From Entomomonas asaccharolytica (GTDB lineage: Bacteria > Pseudomonadota > Gammaproteobacteria > Pseudomonadales > Pseudomonadaceae): 24,000 nucleotides of DNA. Under the pieces are notes generated by a model. The model was given only the letters and a program-made list of their open reading frames with translations. It was not told the DNA's origin and did no database searches. Made by a program: the position numbers and the translations under genes. The stretch spans positions 921,673 through 945,672 of the forward strand of contig NZ_CP067393.1 of NCBI RefSeq assembly GCF_016653615.1, read 5' to 3'. Of the stretch, positions 16,957-24,000 are shown in pieces (the stretch's first letter is position 1; every line of letters begins with the position of its first letter).

Positions 16957-18078
16957 ATGGAACACTTTGTTTGGATTGACAATAAGCAGTACCGTAAAGG
17001 CTATACCACTGGCTCCTGCGCCACAGCAGCAGCTAAAGTGGCGGCGTTGATGGTATTACAGCAAATGTTTATTCCACAGGTTTCAATTACCACGCCATCA
17101 GGTGTGGTATTAGATTTAGATGTATTAGAACCTAGTATCGAAGGTAATACCGCTATTGCTGCTATTCAAAAAGATGGCGGGGATGATATAGATGTTACTC
17201 ACGGTATGTTGATTTTTGCCCAAGTCACCCTTAATGATTCAGGCAAAATTATCATTGATGGGGGGGAAGGAGTAGGCAGGGTAACCCGTAAAGGGGTGCG
17301 CCATGAAATAGGTTCTGCGGCTATTAACGATACCCCTCGCAGAACCATTGAGCAAGCAGTGCGAGAAGTAATCGGCGCGCAAAAAGGCGCAGAAGTGATT
17401 ATTTTTGCACCCGAAGGCGCAGAGCGAGCACAACAAACCTTTAATCCACGTTTAGGGATTATGGATGGTATTTCCATTTTGGGTACAACAGGTATTGTTA
17501 CTCCCATGTCCGATGAAAGTTGGAAAAAATCTATTACCCTTGAAATTGAAATGAAGCATGCTCATGGAATACAGAAAATTATTTTTGTACCTGGTAATCA
17601 TGGTGAAAAGTTTGCCGAAGAAATGGGCATGAATAGTAACTATGTGGTAGTGATGAGTAACTTTGTGCGCTATGTATTAAAAGATGCAGAGCGATTAGGT
17701 TTTAAACGGGTTTTATTATTAGGTCATCTTGGTAAATTAATTAAAGTAGCTGCAGGTATTTTCCATACCCACAACCATGTGGCAGACGGACGGATTGAAA
17801 CACTTATTGCGGTATTGGCACTCATGGGTGTACCGCAAGATTTTTTATTAAAAATCGATGACTGTAAAACTACTGAAGCTGCTATGGAGCTTATTGAGCA
17901 AGAAGGCTATCAAGCGGTTTACCAACAAATAGCCTTGCGTATTAAAGAGCGTGTTGAGCAACTATCAAAATTTACTAAAAACCCCATGCAAGCCGATGCT
18001 ATTTTATGTTCGATGGATGGCAGAATTTTAGGCAGTAGTGCTCCTTTAACTGAATTAATAGAGGAGTTTCGTACATGA
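16957..18078 (+). CDS. cbiD: Cobalt-precorrin-5B C1-methyltransferase
   Basis: 373 aa. [22 protein letters not shown]...[17 protein letters not shown]...[10 protein letters not shown] is near-colinear with Salmonella CbiD as I recall it. Confidence 0.92.
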   Translation: MEHFVWIDNKQYRKGYTTGSCATAAAKVAALMVLQQMFIPQVSITTPSGVVLDLDVLEPSIEGNTAIAAIQKDGGDDIDVTHGMLIFAQVTLNDSGKIIIDGGEGVGRVTRKGVRHEIGSAAINDTPRRTIEQAVREVIGAQKGAEVIIFAPEGAERAQQTFNPRLGIMDGISILGTTGIVTPMSDESWKKSITLEIEMKHAHGIQKIIFVPGNHGEKFAEEMGMNSNYVVVMSNFVRYVLKDAERLGFKRVLLLGHLGKLIKVAAGIFHTHNHVADGRIETLIAVLALMGVPQDFLLKIDDCKTTEAAMELIEQEGYQAVYQQIALRIKERVEQLSKFTKNPMQADAILCSMDGRILGSSAPLTELIEEFRT

Positions 18079-18680
18079 TTAATGTAGTGGGTTTAGGGCC
18101 CGGTTCAGCTGATTATTTAGTGCCTTTAGCAAAACGTTTAATCGATGATTGTGATTGGATTGTTGGTTCAGAAAGGCAACTAGCGGCAGTACCCCATCAA
18201 CAGGCTAAAGAACATTTACTGGATAAAAAATTATCAGACCTAATTGTATGGCTAAAACAACACCAACATGAAAAAGTAGTGGTGTTAGCCTCTGGTGACC
18301 CTATGCTCTATGGCTTGGGTAAATATATTAATCAGCAAATGAGTAGTAGTGAAGTGCAGGTGGTATCAGGTATTAGTTCTATGCAATACCTTTTCTCACG
18401 CATTGCACTGGATATGAATGATGTTTATCTAACCAGCAGTCATGGCAAAACCCCTGACTTTGACTTTATGTTACAGCATAAAAAAGTAGCCTTAGTGACT
18501 GATGACAAAATCGGCCCTTACCAAATTGCCCAACAAATTAATAAGCGTGGTTTACAACGTACTCTAGTGATTGGCGAAAACCTTTCTTATCCCAATGAGC
18601 AAATTACGATTGTGCCAGCCACCGAAGTGTTAGACCAACCTTATCAAATGAATGTAGTGGTGATTATTGATGAAAGATGA
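18075..18680 (+). CDS. cbiE: Cobalt-precorrin-7 C5-methyltransferase
   Basis: 201 aa. Tetrapyrrole methylase fold ([17 protein letters not shown]). ATGA overlap with cbiD. Confidence 0.88.
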   Translation: MINVVGLGPGSADYLVPLAKRLIDDCDWIVGSERQLAAVPHQQAKEHLLDKKLSDLIVWLKQHQHEKVVVLASGDPMLYGLGKYINQQMSSSEVQVVSGISSMQYLFSRIALDMNDVYLTSSHGKTPDFDFMLQHKKVALVTDDKIGPYQIAQQINKRGLQRTLVIGENLSYPNEQITIVPATEVLDQPYQMNVVVIIDER

Positions 18681-19239
18681 ATTATTTATTCGGGGTGATG
18701 TACCCATGACTAAAGAAGAGGTGCGGGTATTAACCATCGACTGGTTAAATTTAGAAAACGCGCGCACTTTAGTTGATGTGGGGGCAGGTACGGGCAGTAT
18801 CTGTATTGAAGCTAGCTTACGTTACCCTAATTTAAAAACCATTGCCATTGAGAAAAATCCTGAGGCCATTAGTTTAATCAAACAAAACTGTGACAAGTTT
18901 GCGGTTACTAATTTACAGATTATTGAAGGCAATGCTCCCGAAGTATTACCTACGCAGCCAATTGATGCTGTATTTGTAGGCGGTAGCGGTGGCGCTTTAG
19001 ATGAAATTATTAACTGGGCATTTACTAATTTAAACCCACAAGGGCGTTTAGTACTGAACTTTATTTTATTAAATAACTTAATGGAAGCTTTAGATATTCT
19101 ACAGCAAGTTGGCTTTGAAAATATTGAAGCAAGCCAACTACAAGTATCACGTTTAACCAAGTTGGGTAAGGGCAAATATTTTAAACCCAATAACCCAACC
19201 TATATTATTTCCTGTACAAAAGGGGCAGTAAGCGAATGA
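18670..19239 (+). CDS. cbiT: Cobalt-precorrin-6B C15-methyltransferase (decarboxylating)
   Basis: [19 protein letters not shown]...[11 protein letters not shown] motif, as in Salmonella CbiT. The track start at 18667 is a TTG one codon upstream of the ATG. Confidence 0.9.
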   Translation: MKDELFIRGDVPMTKEEVRVLTIDWLNLENARTLVDVGAGTGSICIEASLRYPNLKTIAIEKNPEAISLIKQNCDKFAVTNLQIIEGNAPEVLPTQPIDAVFVGGSGGALDEIINWAFTNLNPQGRLVLNFILLNNLMEALDILQQVGFENIEASQLQVSRLTKLGKGKYFKPNNPTYIISCTKGAVSE

Positions 19240-20018
19240 CACAAGCAACTATCGACCATAGTAAAGTTTATTTTATTGGTGCAGGCCCTGGCGATTGTGA
19301 GTTAATCACTTTAAAAGGTTACCGTATTTTATCCCAAGCGGATGTGGTGATTTATGCAGGCTCACTGATTAACCACGATTTATTAAAGTATTGTAAAGAG
19401 GGTGCAGCTTGTCACGACAGTGCAAAACTGAACTTAGAAGAAATTATCAGCTTAATGCAACAGGGCATAGCACAAGGTAAATTAGTAGTACGCTTACAAA
19501 CAGGCGATCTATCGCTCTATGGTTCTATCCGTGAACAAAGTGAAGAGTTAGCTAAGTTAAATATTGGTTTTATTTCTGTACCAGGGGTGAGTTCTTTCTT
19601 AGGTGCAGCTTCCCAATTAGGTGTGGAATATACCGTACCTGAGGTGGCACAAAGCTTAATTATTACCCGTATGGAAGGGCGTACCCCAATGCCTTTTAAG
19701 GAGTCATTAGAAGCTTTTGCACAACACCAAACCTCAATGGCTATCTTCTTATCAGTACAAAATATCGGCAGTGTGGTTGATAACCTACATGACAATGGCA
19801 AAGGTTATCCAATGGATACGCCTGTGGCAGTGATCTATAAAGCAACGTGGCCAGATGAGCAAAAAGTTGAGGGCACTTTAGCGGATATCGCGCAGAAGGT
19901 AAAAGAAGCGGGGATTAATAAAACGGCACTTATTTTAGTGGGTCGTTTTCTTGGTGAAGAGTACCACTACTCAAAACTCTATGACGCAGATTTTAGCCAT
20001 GAATTTAGAAAAGCCTGA
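19236..20018 (+). CDS. cbiF: Cobalt-precorrin-4 C11-methyltransferase
   Basis: 260 aa. [10 protein letters not shown]...[11 protein letters not shown] tetrapyrrole methylase motifs. ATGA overlap with cbiT. Confidence 0.9.
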   Translation: MTQATIDHSKVYFIGAGPGDCELITLKGYRILSQADVVIYAGSLINHDLLKYCKEGAACHDSAKLNLEEIISLMQQGIAQGKLVVRLQTGDLSLYGSIREQSEELAKLNIGFISVPGVSSFLGAASQLGVEYTVPEVAQSLIITRMEGRTPMPFKESLEAFAQHQTSMAIFLSVQNIGSVVDNLHDNGKGYPMDTPVAVIYKATWPDEQKVEGTLADIAQKVKEAGINKTALILVGRFLGEEYHYSKLYDADFSHEFRKA

Positions 20019-21051
20019 ATTAGCAGTACTCACCGTTACACCGGGGGCTAAAGCGCAAGCTTTACGCTTGGCTAAGTTAATCCCATGTGATTGCTATACC
20101 AGCGATAAGCTAGTTAGCGAAGGCTTTATAGGCTTTAACGGTAGTATGGCGGATTGTGTAACAAGGTTATTTGCTAGTTATCAGTCATTACTATTTATTT
20201 GTGCCACAGGTATTACCGTGCGGATGATTGCGCCATTGGTGACTGATAAGTTAGCAGACCCTGCTGTATTGGTGATGGATGAGCAAGCACAGCATGTAAT
20301 TAGCTTGCTATCTGGCCATGTCGGTGGTGGTAATAAGCTCACTATGCAGATTGCCCAACTATTAGGTGCAACGCCTGTAATTACTACCGCTACTGATGTC
20401 AACCAAGTGGCAGCATTAGATACTTTAATTCAAGAAGTGGGCGGAGAGGTAGCTGCTTATCGGCAACAAGTTAAAGATATTAATCAAATGTTGGTGAGTG
20501 GTCAGCAAGTTGGTTTATATCTTGAGCAAGTAACTGTTAAGGATGTACGTGGCTTTGTAGCGGTGGAAGACCTTAACCAGTTACCTAGCGAATTAGCTGC
20601 ATTAGTGATTGTATCTAATCGTACTGATTTACAGGTCAATTGTGATTACCCAGTCATCCAAATTATCCCCAAAAATATTGTGGTAGGGATGGGCTGTCGG
20701 CGTGATACAGATGCTGAATTAATCTACCAAACACTTTGCCAACACTTAGCAAAATATCAGCTTGATATGAAAGCCATTAAACAAATTGGCAGTGTCATTA
20801 TTAAACAAGATGAACAAGGGCTGCTTGCGCTAGCTAAGCGGTTAGCAGTGCCCTTTACTGTATTTACGATTGAAGAGTTACAGCAGCATGAGCATCGCTT
20901 TGCTGCTTCTGAATTTGTCCGCAAAACCCTAGGCATAGGCAGTGTGTCTCAGCCCTCTGCGTGGATTATGAGTGACGGCAATTTATTAGGTGAAACGTTA
21001 AAACAGGATGGTATTACCATCACATTAGGAGTAAGTATATGTTGTATTTAG
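19999..21051 (+). CDS. cbiG: Cobalt-precorrin-5A hydrolase
   Basis: The [17 protein letters not shown] start aligns with the Salmonella CbiG N-terminus. [26 protein letters not shown]...[10 protein letters not shown] are conserved blocks. The track start at 19951 is a TTG deep inside cbiF. Confidence 0.88.
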   Translation: MNLEKPELAVLTVTPGAKAQALRLAKLIPCDCYTSDKLVSEGFIGFNGSMADCVTRLFASYQSLLFICATGITVRMIAPLVTDKLADPAVLVMDEQAQHVISLLSGHVGGGNKLTMQIAQLLGATPVITTATDVNQVAALDTLIQEVGGEVAAYRQQVKDINQMLVSGQQVGLYLEQVTVKDVRGFVAVEDLNQLPSELAALVIVSNRTDLQVNCDYPVIQIIPKNIVVGMGCRRDTDAELIYQTLCQHLAKYQLDMKAIKQIGSVIIKQDEQGLLALAKRLAVPFTVFTIEELQQHEHRFAASEFVRKTLGIGSVSQPSAWIMSDGNLLGETLKQDGITITLGVSICCI

Positions 21052-21764
21052 TAGGTTTAGGCCCTGGTGATGAAGGTTCAATGACTCAAGATGCAGTAGC
21101 CGCTATTAAAAACTCGGATGTCATAATCGGTTATAAAACCTATACCAATCTAATCAAGCCTTTAATTGAAGGTAAAGAGCTCGTTAGAACAGGCATGTGT
21201 AAAGAGATAGAGCGCTGTGAAGTGGCTATTGAAGCCGCTAAAACAGGCAAAAATGTAGCGCTGGTAAGCAGTGGTGATACTGGTGTTTATGGTATGGCAG
21301 GGCCAATCTTTGAAATTATTGCCCGTGATAAGTTAGATATTGATGTACAAGTAATTCCCGGTGTTACCTCCAGTGTAGCGTGTGCTGCTATCCTAGGTTG
21401 CCCATTAATGCATGACTTCTGCCATATCAGTTTAAGTGATTTATTAACCCCTTGGGAGTTAATTGAAAAACGGGTGCGTATGGCAGCAGAAGCGGATTTT
21501 GTGATCTGTTTTTATAATCCACGTTCTAAAGGCCGCCCAGACCATTTAGCGAAAGCCTTTGAATTAATGGCACCTTTTAAAAGCCCAGATACGCCAGTGG
21601 GCATTGTTAAAGCCGCAGGTCGTAGCAAAGAAGATTTATGGCTAACCACTTTTAAAGATATTGACTATACCGTGGTAGGTATGACCTCAATGGTGATTGT
21701 GGGTAATAAATCAACCTATCGCTATAAAGACTATATGATCACACCACGAGGATATATGGTGTGA
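21039..21764 (+). CDS. cbiH: Cobalt-factor III / precorrin-3B C17-methyltransferase
   Basis: 241 aa. [10 protein letters not shown]...VSSGDTGVYGMAG...FYNPRS motifs. 13-nt overlap with cbiG. Confidence 0.9.
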   Translation: MLYLVGLGPGDEGSMTQDAVAAIKNSDVIIGYKTYTNLIKPLIEGKELVRTGMCKEIERCEVAIEAAKTGKNVALVSSGDTGVYGMAGPIFEIIARDKLDIDVQVIPGVTSSVACAAILGCPLMHDFCHISLSDLLTPWELIEKRVRMAAEADFVICFYNPRSKGRPDHLAKAFELMAPFKSPDTPVGIVKAAGRSKEDLWLTTFKDIDYTVVGMTSMVIVGNKSTYRYKDYMITPRGYMV

Positions 21765-22540
21765 GCCAAGCTTTTAAGGGAAAAATCCATGTGTTCGGTG
21801 GCACATCTGACGCAGTCCTATTGTGCCAGATGTTAGAAAGGCTCAGCTTAAGCTATGGGCTTTCAGTCGCTACCGAAGCAGGCAGTGAAACTGCGCTGAC
21901 CTTAAGGGGCAAAGTACACATGGGTAGGTTAGATAGTGAGCAAATGGCTGACTTATTTACTAATGAACAAGTTGATTTAGTAATTGATGCTACCCATCCA
22001 TTTGCTGCGGAAGTTTCCAAAAATATTATGGAAGCAACTAGCAAAGTTAATTTGCCATTAATCCGTTATGAGCGACAAACTCAAATTGATCTATTGGAAC
22101 ACCGATTACTGATTAAAGTGGCAACGGTTGAAGAAGCTTGTATGGCCGCTAAACAAGCAGGTAATAAAGTTTTTTTAACCACGGGTAGTAAAGAGTTAGC
22201 TAAATATAAACAATTATTGCCCGAAAAAACATTAATTGCTCGGGTATTACCTACGGTGGGGGTTATTCAATCCTGTGCTGATTTAGGTTTAGGGATCGGT
22301 GAAATTGTGGCGATGAAAGGGCCATTTACTCGCGAAATGAATGCGGCAATGTACCAGTTCTATCAACCTGATGTAGTGATTACTAAAGAGTCTGGAGCAG
22401 AAGGTGGTTATACCGAAAAAGTATTACCCTGCTTGGCGCTTGGTATTGTGTGTATTGTGATTAGTCGTCCTAAACAAATCTATCAACGGTTTGTTTCAAC
22501 GATTGAGGAGTTAGAGTGCCAATTAAAGGCATTTAGTTAA
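21761..22540 (+). CDS. cbiJ: Cobalt-precorrin-6A reductase
   Basis: 259 aa. VFGGTSDA...DATHPFA...TKESG motifs of CbiJ/CobK. GTGA start/stop overlap with cbiH. Confidence 0.85.
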   Translation: MSQAFKGKIHVFGGTSDAVLLCQMLERLSLSYGLSVATEAGSETALTLRGKVHMGRLDSEQMADLFTNEQVDLVIDATHPFAAEVSKNIMEATSKVNLPLIRYERQTQIDLLEHRLLIKVATVEEACMAAKQAGNKVFLTTGSKELAKYKQLLPEKTLIARVLPTVGVIQSCADLGLGIGEIVAMKGPFTREMNAAMYQFYQPDVVITKESGAEGGYTEKVLPCLALGIVCIVISRPKQIYQRFVSTIEELECQLKAFS

Positions 22541-22555
22541 TAGAAGGTAAATAAA

Positions 22556-23320
22556 ATGGCAGGTAAAGTGTGGTTAGTAGGAGCAGGACCGGGTGATATT
22601 TCCTTAATTACTGTAAAAGGTATGGAATGTATCAAACATGCTGATGTGCTGGTGTATGATCGATTAGTTAATCCTGAGTTATTAACCTTTGCGCCTGAGC
22701 ATTGTGAACAAATTAATGTGGGTAAAGAAAGCGATCATCATCCCATTCCACAGCAAGAGATTAATCAGATCTTAGCAGACCATGCGAAAGCAGGTAAAAA
22801 AGTAGTTCGTCTAAAAAGCGGTGACCCTTATGTATTTGGGCGCGGTGGTGAGGAAGCGCAACTATTAGTTGAGCAACGAGTGCCTTTTGAAGTAGTGCCT
22901 GGGGTAACTTCTGCTATTGGTGGTTTAACCTATGCAGGTATTCCTGTTACCCATCGTGACTATGCTTCCTCGTTCCATGTGGTAACAGGCCACTTACGGG
23001 CAGATAAAGAAAAAGACCCCATCAACTGGCAAGCATTAGCACAGTTACAAGGCACTATTGTGATCTTAATGGGTGTGTCCAATTTAGCGAATATAACAGA
23101 AGAACTAATGCAATATGGCAAAAGTGCTGATACCCCAGTGGGCATTATTATGTGGGCTAGCCGTGCTAACCAACGAATAGTAACAGGTACCTTAAGCACT
23201 ATTGTACAAGTAGCTAAAGAGCAAAAAGTTAAGCCACCTGCATTAATTGTAATTGGTGAGGTAGTAGGCTTACATAACTTACTCGATTTTTCTCAATTTA
23301 TTAGCGACCCTGCTGAATAA
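22556..23320 (+). CDS. cobA: Uroporphyrinogen-III C-methyltransferase (SUMT)
   Basis: 254 aa. VWLVGAGPGD...YDRLV...RLKSGDPYVFGRGGEE...VPGVTS match the CysG C-domain/CobA. Confidence 0.88.
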   Translation: MAGKVWLVGAGPGDISLITVKGMECIKHADVLVYDRLVNPELLTFAPEHCEQINVGKESDHHPIPQQEINQILADHAKAGKKVVRLKSGDPYVFGRGGEEAQLLVEQRVPFEVVPGVTSAIGGLTYAGIPVTHRDYASSFHVVTGHLRADKEKDPINWQALAQLQGTIVILMGVSNLANITEELMQYGKSADTPVGIIMWASRANQRIVTGTLSTIVQVAKEQKVKPPALIVIGEVVGLHNLLDFSQFISDPAE

Positions 23321-23330
23321 GGTGATAGCT

Positions 23331-24000
23331 GTGAAAAAAGCATTATTAGTGGTTAGTTTTGGGACTAGTTACCCTGAAACACGAATCAAAAATATTGAAG
23401 CCTGTGAGCAGGCGATGCGTGATATATGTCCAGACCGTGACTTTTTCCGTTCTTGGACATCACATATTATTCGTAGAAAAATTGCAGAGCGCGATCAAAT
23501 GTATGTGGATAGTCCACAACAAGCCTTAGAACGGTTAATTGAGCAAGGTTATACTGATGTGGTTATTCAATCACTACATATTATTAACGGTGAAGAGTAC
23601 GAGAAAATTACCAGTGAAGTAATGGTATATAAAGATCAGTTTCAGCGTATGGAAATTGGTAAACCTCTACTAACTACTTTTGAAGACTTTGAAACAGTTA
23701 TTGACGCATTAAGAGCCCAAGCACCTAACTTGCAACCCGATGAGCGAGTACTGTTTATGGGACATGGTACTACTCATCATACCTTTGCTGCTTACGCTTG
23801 TATCGATCATCTATTTATGGATAAAAAACTACCTTTTATGATGGGCGCAGTAGAAAGCTATCCTGAAATAGAAACTATTTTAGAACGCTTACAACGAGAT
23901 AAGGTGCGTAAGGTACATTTAATGCCGTTTATGATAGTGGCTGGCGATCATGCTATTAATGATATGGCATCTGATGAAGTAGATTCTTGGAATAGCCAAA
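23331..24000 (+). CDS. cbiK: Sirohydrochlorin cobaltochelatase, 3'-partial (runs off the window); not in the supplied ORF track
   Basis: My own translation from GTG 23331 (AAGGTGA RBS) gives VKKALLVVSFGTSYPETRIKNIEACEQAMRDICPDRDFFRSWTSHIIRRKIAERD...IQSLHIINGEEYEKI...MGHGTTHH...VHLMPFMIVAGDHA. The frame stays open to position 24000 and closely resembles Salmonella CbiK as I recall it. Confidence 0.88.
   Translation, partial: MKKALLVVSFGTSYPETRIKNIEACEQAMRDICPDRDFFRSWTSHIIRRKIAERDQMYVDSPQQALERLIEQGYTDVVIQSLHIINGEEYEKITSEVMVYKDQFQRMEIGKPLLTTFEDFETVIDALRAQAPNLQPDERVLFMGHGTTHHTFAAYACIDHLFMDKKLPFMMGAVESYPEIETILERLQRDKVRKVHLMPFMIVAGDHAINDMASDEVDSWNSQ

Noticed and set aside
17199-23199. Minus-strand ORFs within cbiD, cbiT, cbiF, cbiG, cbiJ and cobA (17199..17507, 17239..17436, 18822..19190, 19517..19801, 20181..20402, 21853..22044, 22960..23199)
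   Set aside because: All are embedded antisense in strongly supported, translationally coupled cbi genes. They are shadow ORFs.
22541-24000. Absence of cbiL interpreted as pathway loss
   Set aside because: In Salmonella cbiL follows cbiK, and cbiK here runs off the window end. The absence is most likely a window-boundary effect.
1-24000. CRISPR arrays, IS elements, integrases or known defence-system genes
   Set aside because: No regularly spaced repeats, transposase or integrase-like ORFs, or terminal inverted repeats were seen on either strand. The only repeat pair is the adenosyltransferase-derived direct repeat.

Overview
AT-rich, gammaproteobacterium-like chromosomal window (family and motif recognition is by eye and from memory; no searches were run). 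It has four blocks.

1. Positions 1-4080: a PDR/VanB-type iron-sulfur flavoprotein reductase. Convergent with it is a four-gene polar amino-acid ABC importer whose binding protein resembles the Campylobacter cysteine-binding lipoprotein CjaA.

2. Positions 4239-8330: an RNA-stress module. A CARF/AAA+ sigma-54 activator (RtcR) is divergent from a candidate sigma-54 promoter and a Ro60 orthologue (Rsr, TROVE + vWA). About 750 nt of ORF-free, highly structured DNA follows. It holds a clear YrlA-type Y RNA with a circularly permuted tRNA-like module, plus up to three more related stem-loop modules. The RtcB ligase and RtcA cyclase genes that normally complete this operon are absent from the window.

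3. Positions 8427-13170: a PduO-type cob(I)alamin adenosyltransferase, then a ~4 kb apparent insertion. The insertion carries a truncated NepI-like MFS fragment, a 906-aa Pmp-repeat autotransporter and ~800 bp of very AT-rich DNA. It is bracketed by ~143 bp imperfect direct repeats. The second repeat is a frameshifted 3' remnant of a diverged adenosyltransferase allele.

4. Positions 13170-24000: a short precorrin-2 dehydrogenase-like gene, a cobalamin riboswitch with an intrinsic terminator, and a translationally coupled early-cobalt-insertion (anaerobic-type) operon, cbiA-B-C-D-E-T-F-G-H-J-cobA-cbiK. cbiK runs off the window and is missing from the ORF track.

Most worth following up are the RtcBA-less Rsr/multi-Y-RNA locus and the recombination scar around the autotransporter. 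No CRISPR array, IS element or integrase was seen.
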